NCBI GenBank assembly: GCA_964016885.1
Contig: OZ024742.1
Span: 159,154,001-159,218,000 of the forward strand
Source of the DNA: Eledone cirrhosa
Lineage: Eukaryota
Length of the DNA: 64,000 nucleotides
Direction: 5' to 3'
The notes beneath the pieces are model-generated. The model searched no databases, had not been told where the DNA came from, and saw nothing but the letters and a program-made list of their open reading frames with translations. The position numbers and the translations under genes were made by a program. Shown in pieces: positions 1 through 13,069 of the stretch; the first letter of the stretch is position 1, and every line of letters begins with the position of its first letter.

Positions 1-1302
1 ACAGATGCCCTCTTCTTGGTGAGACAATTGCAAGAGAGGTTCTTAGAGAAAAATAAGCCACTATACTTAGCCTTTGTTGACCTAGAGAAGGCCTTTGATA
101 GGGTACCCCGATCTGTCATCTGGTGGTCCCTAAGGAAGCTAGGTGTTGAGGAATGGCTTGTGAGGACAGTGCAAACTTTGTACAGAGGTACTCTCAGTAA
201 AGTCAGGGTAGGAATGGAGTTTAGTGAGGAATTCCAGATACAAGTAGGAGTACATCAAGGTTCAGTCCTCAGCCCGCTCTTGTTCATTATACTCCAAGCC
301 ATAACAGAGGAGTTTAAGACTGGCTGTCCATGGGAACTTCTCTATGCTCACGATCTGGTTCTTATAGCAGAATCAGTAGAGGAGCTAGAGAATAAATTCT
401 GGCTATGGAAACAGCAGTTGGAAGCAAGAGGACTGAGAGTGAACCTAGCTAAGACAAAAGTGTTGATGAGTAGAAAAGAGGACAAAACCCTGATTCCGTC
501 AGGGAAATGGCCATGTTCGATATGCAGAAAAGGAACTGGCATAAATTCTATAAAATGCACACAATGCAGATCCTGGGTACACAAGAGATGTAGCGGGATA
601 GCAGGCAAACTAACAGGTAGGGAGAAATAGGTATACAGTAGATGTACAGGGAAATTAGACAGTAGAAGTCGCATTGATAGACTCATTTTTCAAATGCAGG
701 AGGGCGCTATAGAAGTGGTGGATAGCTTCTGGTACCTAGGAGATCAGATTAGCATGGGAGGAGGGGGTTCCGAGGCCATAGTATCTAGAATAAGGACAGG
801 TTGGAAGAAGTTTAGGGAGCTGCTTCCTCTGTTGACGAAGAAGGGTTTCTCCCTGCGTACGAAAGGCCGGTTGTATGATGCCTGTTTGAGGAGCGCGATG
901 CTGCATGGTTGTGAGACATGGGCAGCAACTGCAGAGGATATGCGACAGCTGGAGAGAAATGAGGCAAGCATGCTCCGTTGGATGTGCAGTGTAAATGTGC
1001 ATGAACGACCCAGCATAAATGTGTTGAGAGAGAAACTGTGTCTGAGAGGGATAGAATGTAGTGTACGGGAGAGGAGACTGAGGTGGTATGGACATGTGAT
1101 GTGCATGGAGAATGCCAGTTGAAGGAAGACGTGGTAGAGGTAGACCACGAAAAACATGGGCGGGGGTGGTGAGAACAGACCTCAGATCATTGAAGCTCAC
1201 GGTGGAGATGACGAAGGACTGTGACGAGTGGAGAGATGCTGTGCTGAATAAGACCCGTCCCACCCTTGCAAGCAGGGAAAAGCGGACGTAAAATGATGAT
1301 GA

Positions 1303-1305
<3 letters not shown>
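1..1305 (+). mobile_element. RTE-clade LINE, 3' part (RT, Cys-rich insertion, (ATG)n tail), disrupted
   Basis: ORFs 16-630 and 694-1122 carry FVDLEKAFDRV, GVHQGSVLSPLLF, ELLYAHD (decayed YADD), WPCSIC..C..C..WVHKRC and RRLRWYGHV. The element ends GGACGTAAAA(TGA)n. Confidence 0.93.
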
Positions 1306-1342
<37 letters not shown>

Positions 1343-1346
<4 letters not shown>

Positions 1347-1570
1347 TCATCATCATCTTCGTTTAACGTCCATCTTCCACGCTAGCATGGGTTAGACGGG
1401 AGTTGTCCCACTTGAGGCAAGGTTGGTCGGGTGACCGTGTCTCGCTCATATGGGACTATCTGGCAGGTTTTCTACGGCTGGATGCCCTTCCTAACACCAA
1501 CCACATTTACTGTGTTACCTACACGGCCACATTACAGCGTGGACTGTGTGTTTTTTTGTCGTGACACCTC
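1343..1570 (-). mobile_element. SINE 3' part with RTE-type tail
   Basis: (CAT)n tail and a GGCTGGATGCCCTTCCTAACACCAACC body shared with the SINE at 3810-4172. Confidence 0.75.
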
Positions 1571-1699
1571 GATCTCATTATCTCATTTATTTGGACTAGA
1601 TATTGTGGTACCAACTTTACAGAGAGAGGTTGGTGGGAGTGGGAGGATAGGGTAGAGGCAGTGGATTGGGGTGTATATTTGGTTAAGAGGTGCTTACTG

Positions 1700-2395
1700 A
1701 CTAGGTTTCGCTTTGTACATAGGCAAGGTGGGTCTTCTGTATTACTGTGTAGCGCCAAAGATCTCGGTCCAGTGACATTGTCTTAGAGAGATGCAAGTGT
1801 GTAAGGTCGGAATTTATCAAATTGTCCCAGGTTTTTCTGGGTCTACCTACTCCATAACTGCCATCAATTTTGATTGCCCTGCACTTTTTTATACAGCTGT
1901 CGTCTTTCATGCGCATCATGTGACCATACCAACGTAGTCTTCTCTCAAGTAAACAGCATCTGATCCCTCTTATTCCTAATTTCTCACTTTGTTCATTTAT
2001 GCTTTGCCGTTCACATATATTACTATTACACATCCAACGGAGCATGCTAGCTCCGTTCCTTTCCAGTCTGCATATATCCTCTGCACACAATGCCCAGGTC
2101 TCACTGCCATGTAACATTGCTGTTCGTATACAGGCATCATACAGCCTGCCTTTCATTTTTAGAGAGAAACCTTTTGTGGCCAACAGCGGTATAAGCTCTC
2201 TGAACTTTTTCCATCCCATTCTGACTCTGGCTACTGTACTTTCAGAACACCTTCGACCACTGCTGATTTTGTCACCCACGTAACGGAAAGTGTGCACTAT
2301 TTCTATAGAACCATCTGGGCAATAGAAGGAGCTAGTATCCTGTGGGCACGTGCTCCTTATTGCACCTGAACATCGGCCACATATAAAGTCTACGT
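1700..2395 (-). mobile_element. RTE LINE 3' fragment, related to 1-1305
   Basis: ORF 1701-2297 has FRYVGD, GWKKFREL, MLHGSETW, RRLRWYGH and GRPRKTW. Confidence 0.9.
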
Positions 2396-3053
2396 GTAGG
2401 TGGAATTAAGTCATTTTTTCAATTTACATTTCACTAATAACAAATAACATCAATTGAGCGATATATGTATATTTGTTTTTAAAAGCAAAGTATCTTCATA
2501 CTGATATATAGGTATTAATTTTCAGCTCATCAGAAATAAAATGAAAAACATGTCATTGGTCCACAAAAAGCAGTTGATATATTTGAAGGTACTGACTAAA
2601 ATACTGTCAGTAAAAAAACGTTACAATATAGAATGCTAAGCAAAAGTGGTTATTCAAATTTGAACAAGCCAAAAGGAGCTATATTTTTTAGCTTAATTAT
2701 AAATATACGCGAATATGAGTGTCTAAAGTCTGTAAGCCAGAAGGATGAATGTATGCATTTATAATTAGAAGCTTTTTATATCATTATTTTCTGCAATGGT
2801 CTATTTAGCAATTATTACTTTTTTGTACTGTAATGATTATGTGTAATATTACACATTTATTTTGATATGTGGATATAAGTGTGTCCGTATGTGTCTATAT
2901 ATATATATGTGTGTGTATGTATGTTTGCTTATATATGCATATATGTGTGTGTGTCGATGATGATATGTGTGTGTGTTGTTCTTATTTGCGTATGTTTATA
3001 ATTAAGCTAAAAATATAAGTTATCTCCCTTCGGCTTGTTCTCATTCAAATAAT

Positions 3054-3248
3054 TTCTGCTAAGCGTGCTAGTGGTAAGAAACCCTCAGGAGAGCAGAACA
3101 GCAGAAGGTCTTCAGAGAAAAAAAATCTCCTCGAGGGAGTGTTTCGGTCCTTAATTTCTGAAACACTTGTTTGAGTGTGGTTTCCTCTCTGAAGACCTGC
3201 TGTCTAGCTCTCCTGAGAGTTTCTTACCATTAGAACACTAAGCAGAAG
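3054..3248. repeat. Imperfect ~195-bp fold-back (MITE-like hairpin)
   Basis: The left arm TTCTGCTAAGCGTGCTAGTGGTAAGAAACCCTCAGGAGAGC...GGTCTTCAGAGA is the approximate reverse complement of 3186-3248. There is also an inner AGTGTTTC/GAAACACT pair. Confidence 0.8.
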
Positions 3249-3809
3249 TGATAGCGTTTTTTACTGACACTATCTAAGTCTGTACGTTCCTTCAAATATG
3301 TAACTATAATATTCTAATTATCACCTCTGTAGAGAATAATCTTTTCTTCCATATCAACTGTTTTTCGAGGACCAATGTCATAATATCTCTGATGAACATA
3401 TTGTTAATAACTATATCTCAGTATGAAGATAGTTTCGTTTTAAAAACAAATGTATATATATATATATATATATTTTTTTTTTACATCAACTGATGTTATT
3501 TGTTATTAGTAAAATCTACGTAAAATGAATAAATGGCTTTAATTCCACGTAGAACCTTATTTCTTTATTCAATATATATATATATGCTTTGTGATGTTGC
3601 ATAAGTACAATTATTGGAACTTGCTCTTTGGATTTGGGCTCGTATATTTTTGCTTCATATAATTTGTTTATTGTAATAATACAATGAGCTTTAAATTGTA
3701 TTGTTACCTCAAGATAAAGTAGATCCATCTACCTATTAAACTTTATATATATAAACCATGCTAACAAGGAAAGCAGACGTAAAATGATGATGATTTTATA
3801 TATATATAT

Positions 3810-4168
3810 CATCATCATCACCGTTTTACGTCCATTCTTCCACGCTAGCATGGGTTAGACGGGTTGTCCTGTTGTGGGCTGGTCGGCTGACCTTGTCTTG
3901 CTCATACGGGAACTGATTCTGGTTTGATTTCTACAGCTGGATGCCCTTCCTAACACCAACCTCATTTACAGTGAGTGCTGGGTGCTTTTTTGCCGTGGCA
4001 CCTCCACGACCACTTTGCAGTGGAATGATAGGGACCCCAGTCCCTATCATCTCATTTCTACAGCTGAGTAAACTGGAGCAATGTGAAATAAAGTGTCTTG
4101 CTCAAGGAAACAACACATCACCCGGTCTGAGAATTGAACTCACACCCTTTCTATTGCAAGCCCAATGC

Positions 4169-4172
<4 letters not shown>
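3810..4172 (-). mobile_element. tRNA-derived SINE (CORE-like body, RTE tail)
   Basis: Near-identical inverted copy of 5725-6010. The spurious ORFs 3941-4213 and 5739-5978 are almost identical. Confidence 0.85.
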
Positions 4173-4204
<32 letters not shown>

Positions 4205-5724
4205 AAACATTAAATGATGATGTGTGAGGGAAGTTACCCAGGCATGATATGTAATTCTCGAGTTAGTGTCATACTTTATGGGGGTATGAATAATTCAATA
4301 ATTAATATTACTATTTTGGCAATTATGCCAGGCAATATTTAGTCTTATTAAACTTTCTCAGCAGAATAGAGCCTTCTTTGTAATTGCCAGAACTGTAATA
4401 AGAGAATCACTGCATTATCATGATAGAGGGAGATTATCCAGTGATGCTATCTGCTCGTAAATAATAGTTAAGTTAGTGTCATCATTATGTAGTTGGGGAA
4501 CTAACCACTTTGCTGTGAAGTAGGATATATTATACATGAATGTATTCAACTTTCTGAAATATAAGAATGAGTCAATGAAGAAGCCTCGACATAGTTACTC
4601 AACCTAGTTACTCAACCTACTAAAAAGATGGCAGCCAAATCTCACTCATATCACAGCCTCTGTTTTAAAAAAGGAAGAACATGTTGAACAATGTTAACAT
4701 CATCATCATCAATGTTTAACATCTATTTTTCCATGCTTGTATGGGTTAGAGAGATTGTCATATACTAAGGCCAGACTAGTCTAAGAAATTACTGTTACTA
4801 GCAGAAAAACCACCCTTCTGGTAGTTTTCTGCTAACATGTGTAGTGTGTATATTGATATTATACGCAGGTATATATGCATGTAGATATGATACATCAAAT
4901 AAAATCGTAATTGACAATATATAATACATAGAAATTGAACGAAGACTGTACTGTGTTACACTGTCTTATTTAATCATTAACGTAATCCATGATACATTAA
5001 AAAAGACAATATTATATATAAACTGCATTAGGAGAAAATTAGTATGTTTATTTAAGCGATGGCCAACCGGAAGTGTTCACATTTCAGAAATTTTAAAGAA
5101 GTAAATCTTTAAATAAACAAAATATATTTAATCAAAAGCCACAAAATTTAGTAGATAAATTATGTAATATTCATTCATTATTTATTCAAAGTCGATAAAA
5201 TAAAGTACCAGTAATGCACTGGGTAATTGCTGGCCTTGTGCCTAAAGTAGAAACAATTATTTATTCAAAGTAATCCAACTTATGGGATAAAAAATTATAA
5301 ACCGTACGCAGTCTCGTGCTCCTTACTTCATTATAATTTAGATTTGTAGAATATAAGAATTTTGTTTCTTTTTATATAGTTACTTTATCAGGATAGAACC
5401 AGTTTTAAACTAGTTAGACCATTACTCAACAGAGTACTCGGAACTTGGGATATTAGAGTATGGCTGTATTATAAAGAACCAGGGACCGACAGCTGAGCTT
5501 TAGCTGTTGAAACGGCAAGAGCTCAGCCGTCGGGCCTCGACTTTATAATATAGTTACTATATATATATGAGAGAGAGGTGTGTAAAATCCTGAAATCACT
5601 TGGCTCCACTGTCGGGATTTTACACATCTCTATACCCACTCTACATCTCCCCATGTATTGAGTACTCACATGATTAGTGGTCTCCTTGGTCTTAGCACTG
5701 CAGACTATATATATATATATATGA

Positions 5725-6065
5725 TGGAGGCACATGGCTTAGTGGTTAGAGCATTGGCCTTGCAATCGAAAGGTTGTGAGTTCAATTCTCAGACCGGGTG
5801 ATGTGTTGTTTCCTTGAGCAAGACACTTTATTTCACATTGCTCCAGTTTACTCAGCTGTAGAAATGAGATGATAGGGACTGGGGTCCCTATCATTCCACT
5901 GCAAAGTGGTCGTGGAGGTGCCACGGCAAAAAAGCACCCAGCACTCACTGTAAATGAGGTTGGTGTTAGGAAGGGCATCCAGCTGTAGAAATCAAGCCAG
6001 AATCAGTTCCCGTCCCACCCTTGCAAGCAGGGAAAAGCGGACGTAAAATGAAATGATGATGATGA
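5725..6065 (+). mobile_element. Full-length tRNA-derived SINE with RTE LINE-derived 3' tail
   Basis: A box TGGCTTAGTGG, B box GTTCAATTC, CORE-like CCTTGAGCAAGACACTT, and a tail identical to the LINE end at 1254-1295. Confidence 0.88.
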
Positions 6066-6276
6066 TATATATATATATATACATACATACATACATGATT
6101 GAATCCTTTTGATCCTGACTTGCCCCAAACCACTTTTGGTTCTGTGAAACAGAAGCACTCATTTTTTTATGACTCCTATTTAAATTATGTTACAAATACT
6201 ATCATAATAATGAAATAATTAATGATTTAATAAATCCTTTGAAATTCTTCATTAATTAGTTTTGTTTCTTCTACAG

Positions 6277-6471
6277 ATGATTTCCGAATATTTTGTGGAG
6301 ATTTAGGCAATGAAGTCACTGACGAGATTCTAACAAGAGCTTTTTCTAAATTCTCATCATTTGTGAAAGCTAAAGTGGTCCGAGACAAACGCAGCAATAA
6401 AACCAAAGGTTATGGTTTTGTCAGCTTCAGGGACCCTAATGACTTTGTCAGAGCCATGCGAGAAATGAATG
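6277..6471 (+). CDS. RBM42: RNA-binding protein 42, penultimate coding exon (RRM)
   Basis: Acceptor TTTCTTCTACAG and donor GTAAGT flank a 195-nt exon. It translates DFRIFCGDLGNEVTDEILTRAFSKFSSFVKAKVVRDKRSNKTKGYGFVSFRDPNDFVRAMREMN, the RBM42 RRM with RNP1 KGYGFVSF. It is absent from the ORF track. Confidence 0.95.
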
Positions 6472-6512
6472 GTAAGTGTGTAGTTTCTAGAATTAATCTT
6501 TATTATTACTAG

Positions 6513-7115
6513 AGGCAATGCAGTGGATTGGCAGAATCATTTAAGTGTCTGACACAATTCTTTGCAGTATTTGTTCTGGCTCTTTATATTCTGAGTTCAC
6601 ATCCAGCTGAGGTCTTCTTTGCTTTTCATCCTTGTGGACTCAATAAAATAAAGTACCAGTAAGATACTGAGGTAGATTTAATCAACTTATCCATTTCCAC
6701 AAATTGTTGACTTTGTACTAAAATTAAAAATCATGAATTGGCAGTATCGGTAGAGGGTCGGACGCAGTGCTTTCCTTCATAGAGTTACGCCCCTTTACGG
6801 TCCGAGGTTAACTTTACCTTTCATCCTTACGAGGTCGATAAAATAAAGTACCAGTAATGCACTGGGATAATTGCTGGCCTTGTGGCAAGGCTGTGGATTG
6901 GCAGAATCATTGGAGTGTTGAAGAAAATGCTTTGCAATATTTGTTCTGGCTCTTTACATTCTGAGTTCAAATCCTACTGAGGTTAACTTTGCCGTTCATC
7001 CTACTGAGACTGATAATAAAAAAAGTACCAATTGTATACTAGGATCAGTCAGATCGTCTTTCCCCTCCCTCAAATTGCAGGCCATATGCCTAAATTAGAA
7101 ACCATTATTATTATT
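6513..7115 (+). mobile_element. Three adjacent copies of an abundant tRNA-derived SINE family
   Basis: Repeated TTGGCAGAATC...CTGAGTTCAAATCC...TTTCATCC...GATAAAATAAAGTACCAG. The same family occurs at 26275-26920, 31108-31395, 35918-36132, 41990-42320 and 60802-60987. Confidence 0.8.
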
Positions 7116-7220
7116 ATGAGTGGCACTTGTTGAAATTCCCCATTTCATAAATGTTCTTATCTCTATTTTTAGTTATATAATCACTTGATCTGCAAGAAAT
7201 AGCAACCAGATTGTCCTTAA

Positions 7221-8669
7221 CTCTTTAGCATTCACATTGAATTGTCAAATGTCATGTTCATCTATTCGCATTATTTTCACTTAATTATACTCAAGAGGGT
7301 TATCAATTTTATTTGTTTGTAATTACTTTAATTTTCTCTGTGCAGACTTGAAATTTTGTCAGTAGATGTTTAAATAATTATAATTTACAATTATATATTT
7401 TTACCTGATTATTTTTGTTAAATTTGACTTTTATGGGCAGGTGAAATTAATTAACAGGTGTAAAAGTAATAACTTTATGGATAAACACAAAAATTTAAAC
7501 TTTATCTACCTTATCTGTTAGATTTGTTGCAAAAAAATCCAATAATGACCTAGATGCTGATTTCCATCAATTCTAGCAGTTTTCCGAACAGGTGAATTAA
7601 TTAAAAATGCAGGTGTAATCAGTACAAGGTTTCTCTACATTCCAGGCAAATATTTTCATTGAAAAAAATGTATAAAACCTTTTCACCAGTCAAAATAATA
7701 TTGGCAATGTACTCTGTAAATGTACGGTGTAAATTTACGTAACAGAATGTTCCGAATATATAAGTTTATACACACTTTTAAATTTTTCTGACAATATTTC
7801 AATTAATGGTCGTACTTTGTACAGTGGGTCGTAATTTGATTCATTTCTACCAGGGGCATTTGAAGTATCAACCAGATGCAAATACTGGTTTAATTTGATG
7901 AATCTCGTTTTTGCCATAATACTAGATATATAAGGGTCACCAAACCTTATATCAGTACTCCAATAATTCCACAGTCGTGGAAATTGTTTAATACCAAACA
8001 TAATATTTATGGTAAAAAACGCTTTCATTTCGGCAGAATCTGTCGGACGCCATAACAGATCGGGTTTTCCGATATTAGAAATTTGTTGTTGTGCATAGCG
8101 ATTTGCCACAACTTCGAAGAAAGTTTGTGGTAAAAATAAAAAATAATAATCCAGTGCTTTAGCATCGGGTGGTAATGAGTGTTGTGGTCCAATATTTTCA
8201 GTAAAATCCGAAACATGTATCGATGTTGTTTCTTTCAACCACGTTGGTGTTTTTTCAATGGTGTCAGTCAAATCTTCTCTTTCACTTTCAAAGTGACTAT
8301 CAGATATATCAGAAATAAATATATCTGATTCGTTTGAAGATAAATCACTGATATTATCTTCTGTTTCTTTTTGATCTTGAATGTCGTCGGACGTAAAACC
8401 TTCAAATTCGTTGTTGCTACTTTCGGAAGCCATGTTACACTTTCAACGTTAAAAACACGTGTTATCGCAAGTTCTTTAACTATACTAAGAGTTAATTTTC
8501 GCGCGTAAGGGCTTTATCTCGCAGTAATCTCGAATTGACGAGATTTCGATGATGTCAATGTTTATTTTTAGGAGATCTCCGTGTGGTATTAAATGTCGGT
8601 TTTTGTCGATTTGAATAAATGAAAGGGGACATAATCTTGTCGGTTTTTGTCGGTTTGAATGCTAAAGGG
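7221..8669 (-). mobile_element. Internally deleted piggyBac in the RBM42 intron
   Basis: TTAA at 7217-7220 and 8670-8673. 14-bp TIRs CTCTTTAGCATTCA / TGAATGCTAAAGGG. ORF 7735-8433 is a PGBD4-like transposase N-terminus (YWST, RFIKLNQYLHL, DPLYKVRPLI). Confidence 0.92.
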
Positions 8670-8699
8670 TTAATTCATGCCATTCTATCTTATTCCTAA

Positions 8700-10620
8700 A
8701 AGGTCACAGAGGTGGTAGAGTCCGCAATCATGCTTTCCAGAGGGTGCTATCAGAAGCACCCAACTGATCTGGCTGGATCCCCAAGCCGGACCAACTGAGC
8801 TATGGATGTTATCCAACTATCTTGTTCTGAGTCTCTTGTCAGTTGCCTTTGCCCATCCAATTTGTCCAGCAATTCTTTTTTTAAACATTTTAACGACATG
8901 TCCATAATATCGTAGCTGTGATCTCTGAATTCTGAGAAGTAGCAGCTCCCTAATCTCCGAGCTATGCACCCCATTGAGTAATGCTACTCCAAAGATCCTT
9001 CAGAGGAATTCAGTTTTAGCCATTTGTATATGCAATCATATTCTTTCAGTCATTATCCAAGGCCCAAACACTAAATTGAAGATAGTGAGTTTGGCTTACA
9101 CACCTACACCACATTACTGCACCAGCTGCAGCAACTCTCGCATTTAATTTAGCCTCATGCTTTCCATTACTTGTGAAAAGGTCCCTGATATACCTAAATT
9201 TCTCCACTTGCTTTATCCACTCACATACTGGATAGGCTTTCTTGAGAGGACATGTGTCTGTCTTCACAGCACTGATTTTCATTCATACCATGCAGCACTT
9301 GGCAGCTAGCCTAGCCAGTGCATGTGGGAGATCACTTCCATGTTGTCTGCAAATTCCAGCCGACTGATCCTACACCTGCCAGTTGTGATACCACTTCCAA
9401 TCCGGCTGCACATGTTAATCCTGTTCATGAAGATTTTAAACAAGAGAGGTGACAGTCTGCACCCTTGGTGGAGTCCGACTCCCACATTGAATGGTTTTGA
9501 TTTTGCACCTTTTATCCAAACTGAAATACTAGGGCATTCTTATAGGGACTTCAAGGCAACAAGAAGCTGTTCATCAGTCCCATACTCCTACAGAACCTTC
9601 CTTAACAATTCCCATATATATGTTTTTTTGAGGTCTGCAAAACAAGCATATACTTCTTGACAATATTCCCATGATTTCTCAAAGACCTGTAACAAAGTAA
9701 ATACTTGGTCAGCTGGGCTACGTCCAGGACAAAAACCACAGTTCATCAGTTAGCTTGGGCTCAACAATATCCTTATATCTCTTTGCCAGACACTTAACAT
9801 AGACTTTACTGGGAAGGGTTAACATGGAGATTCCTTTAAAATTAGAGCAATCCAGGCCACCCAGCACATATGAGTTAGCCAAAGCACACCTCTATTTAAG
9901 GCTTTTAACATCTCAGGCCATTTAACATTTGAACTCTTTACTCACTCTGGTGACCTCAGCTTCCGAGAGGTTAGTTTTTACTCCTAGATGCACCTCATGC
10001 ACATCAGATGTTGTAATCAGGTTTAGGAGATCAGCGAAGTATTCTTTATACCTCATAAGGATGCACCTCTGTTCATTGAGAAGAACGCCAGATAAGTTCC
10101 TGATAGCAGGCACTATTGGGGACCTTATTGTGAAGTCAGCAGATGACCAAACAGTGATAAGCTACTACGGGAGATGGAAAAATAGTTGACATTGTTAGCT
10201 CTCAAATTAACTTTCACAACCCAGCAATGTAGTTATGACAGCAGGTATAGGCCATCTATAAAAAAGCCTGATGAAGTCACTGCAACATTAGATGTAGTTA
10301 AGACTGAGTCATATATTTTAATGGGAGACTTCAGTGTACATGTTGACACTGATTATCTGACATAGAAAGGAGTGATTGGAAGAAACAGTGACCCTGATCT
10401 AAATGTGGAGAGGCATTATTAGACTTCTGTTCTAGTATTGGGTTCTTTATTATGAACATCTTTCATCACAAAGATATCCATAAGTATATAAAGAAAATCG
10501 GGGACAGAGGTCAGTAATTGTTTTATTGTCTTCCATTCTGTGATGGATGTTCATGTTAAGAGATGGGCTGAGCTATCAACTGATTACTATCTAGTTATTT
10601 GCAACCTGAGACTACCTAAA
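8700..10620 (-). mobile_element. Decayed APE-RT LINE (RTE-like); RT on minus strand plus an oppositely oriented endonuclease fragment at ~10260-10610
   Basis: Minus-strand remnants include VGLHQGCRLSPLLF, FADNM and VEKFRY. On the plus strand there are ILMGDFS and LSTDY remnants. Confidence 0.7.
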
Positions 10621-10883
10621 GTCATATTAAATGTTCTAGTTTTTATTGTACTATATTCTTTTACTAGTTTCAGTCATTTGGCTGCAACTATGCTGTGACC
10701 CCCAATATTTATTTACTTCTTCCTAAGCAGAAAACTAATAGAGCTTTATGTTTTTGATTCTGTGTGTTTGTCTTGTTTATTCTTAAACACACACACAAGT
10801 CTTTTGTAATATCTGTATTTTTTTTTTTTACAATACCCACTATATTTAACACCATTTGTAATCAAATGTTTGTATATTTCCAG

Positions 10884-10996
10884 GAAAATATGTTGGAAAC
10901 CGTCCAATCAAGCTTCGGAAAAGTTCTTGGAAAGAAAGAAATATCGAAATAGTTCGGAAAAAGGACAAAGAGAAAAAGAGACTTGGTTTGCGATAA
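10884..10996 (+). CDS. RBM42: RNA-binding protein 42, last coding exon
   Basis: The acceptor TATTTCCAG is in phase with the previous exon. It translates (G)KYVGNRPIKLRKSSWKERNIEIVRKKDKEKKRLGLR-stop. Confidence 0.95.
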
Positions 10997-11116
10997 ATTG
11001 TATTGTTATGGCCTTTTTTTTTCCATGTGTGTGTTTTGAGACCAAAAGGCAGGCTGTCCATTCCAGTTGTATGTTTATTCAGACAAAACTACATGGTCAC
11101 TTGTAAATATGTTTAT

Positions 11117-11122
11117 AATAAA
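11117..11122 (+). promoter_or_regulatory. Candidate polyadenylation signal of RBM42
   Basis: AATAAA about 120 nt after the stop, followed by a GT/T-rich tract (TTTGTTTTGTGTT). Confidence 0.6.
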
Positions 11123-13069
11123 TGAAGAAAAACGAACGGACATATTTGTTTTGTGTTATTAATTTTATTAACCATTTCATCACCATGTTTACCTTGTGTA
11201 TTTGGTTTTGAATGGGAATACTCTGCATATTGTGAGGGTTGATGTCAAGAGATGTAATTCAGGAACATATACTTTGACAAGGCTGGCCCTTTGAATTTTA
11301 GGTACACTTTATCTTTCATTATCGCATTCCACAAATAGAATGGGGATTGAAATACAGGTACAGTCCAGCCAAAGGGCTTCCAAACAGTTTTCTTTTACCA
11401 AATTAACTTACTGGGCCACGCATTGCAATCAAACCCGAGACATTGATTACAAAACAAACCCTACCATACTACCATATATTGCACACATCTCAAAGTTCAG
11501 TTTTTATACAGAGAAAAAATCTGTTGCATTGGTTGGATGGGACTGCTGTTCCTGACACCAACCCTTTTTATGATTAATTTTTAAATAGTTTCAAAATTAA
11601 TAAAAAATGTTGAGAATTTAAAGGCATATACATCTTGAAAATAATTAAGAATTTGAAGGGATATAAATGTTTAAATAGTTTTGAATTTCAGGCAGAGCAA
11701 AAAGTTATTAAGAATTTGGAGGGATAAATATCTTAAAAGTTATAAAAACAATCAAGAGTCTTGAGCGAAATTGAACCCAGGACTTAATGATTGTCAAACG
11801 CACCTTTTCACTATTTGGTTATGCTCTGTCTACCATGCTACTTTGCATTGCATACATCTCAGAGTTCGTTTTTATAATAATACAGAGACAAATCTGTCCT
11901 TCTTCTCCTTCTTCTTCTTGAGAGGGTTGTGGGGGCAGAGTCCTCAAACACTCCTTTCAGCGGGTCCTGCTGGAAGCAACCATCTTGCTCTGGGTCTCCT
12001 GCTGGTTGGTTTTGCCTGTAAATTTTGTCCAGCGATTCTTTCCTGAATACATTCTAACCACAAGCCCATAGTATCAGAGCTGTGATCTCTCAATTCGGAG
12101 AAGTAGCGGCTCTATCAAGTAACGTTACTCCTAAGACCATTCGGAGAAAACCCATTCCGGTCGCTTATATTTGTGATCTTATCCTTTCAGTCATTGTCCA
12201 AGATTCATGACTTATTTTTTTCTTTTCTTTCAATTATAAGGTTGACCGAAAAATATGTACGTCTTTCTAAATTTCTGTTTATTTATGAAACCGCTCTCAA
12301 ACATTTTGTTAATGATTTTCTATTTGTGTCTGTTGTCTGTCATCACAGTTACACCTTCCCCATGCCAATATGAGTTGACAAATATATTCCTTTTTATGTT
12401 ATGAAATAAAACAAATTTCCTTTGTTCATTTGTTTGCGTTAGTTTTCTATAATCTTAGTTCCCACTCTCCCCACAATAGGTTTTCGAAACAAGATGTAGA
12501 TTTCACTAACGTTATTATTAAGAATGTTTTACAAATGTATATTTGGATGCATATTTCTACTTTTTTGCTTTTGATCTTGAAGTGAAAGCGGCGTCCCTGG
12601 GAAGAAACATTATCAAACACTGGTTGACCTTACAATTGATTGTTTATATTAGGTTGGTAGGTGAAGCTTAATACTGCTGCTGCAAGAGTGTGGAAGGGGT
12701 GCGGGATAAATTACTACCAAGTTTTAGGAAATTGTTAATCACTAAAATTCTTTGTTAAATTCATAAAAAGAACCCCCACCAATTTCAGTGGGAAATAGTA
12801 TTTTTTTTTCTTTTTTTTTTCTTTTTTTCGTGTGCTATGAATTAAACTTACCTTCTAATATGGACCTAAGGACTTTTCCTCAGATAAGGGAGTGAGAAGA
12901 GGAGGGTGACTGTCGGACCATTTCCCCCCCCCACCCCCTTTTTTTTCGTGTGCTATCAACTAATCTTACCTCCGAACATGTTGCAAAGCACTTTTTTCCC
13001 GGAAAACAAAGGGCTGTGGGCTCGGACCTACTCCATGCGGAGTTTTATTTACAATAGTTCTTTTTTTAG

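Noticed and set aside
2455-3455. CTGATGA at ~2528 (-) and ~3389 (+) as hammerheads
   Set aside because: There is no GAAA-stem III-NUH and no stem I. The two sites are diverged inverted copies of a DNA-element-like repeat.
5725-5800. tRNA gene
   Set aside because: It is the tRNA-derived head of a SINE that continues into a body and a LINE tail.
7735-8433. Domesticated PGBD gene
   Set aside because: The ORF is truncated before the catalytic DDD core, and the TIRs and TTAA are still present, so it is a deletion derivative.
10764-11106. ORF-track ORFs 10764-10952 and 10870-11106 as genes
   Set aside because: They are in the wrong frames. The real coding frame is the spliced RBM42 exon.
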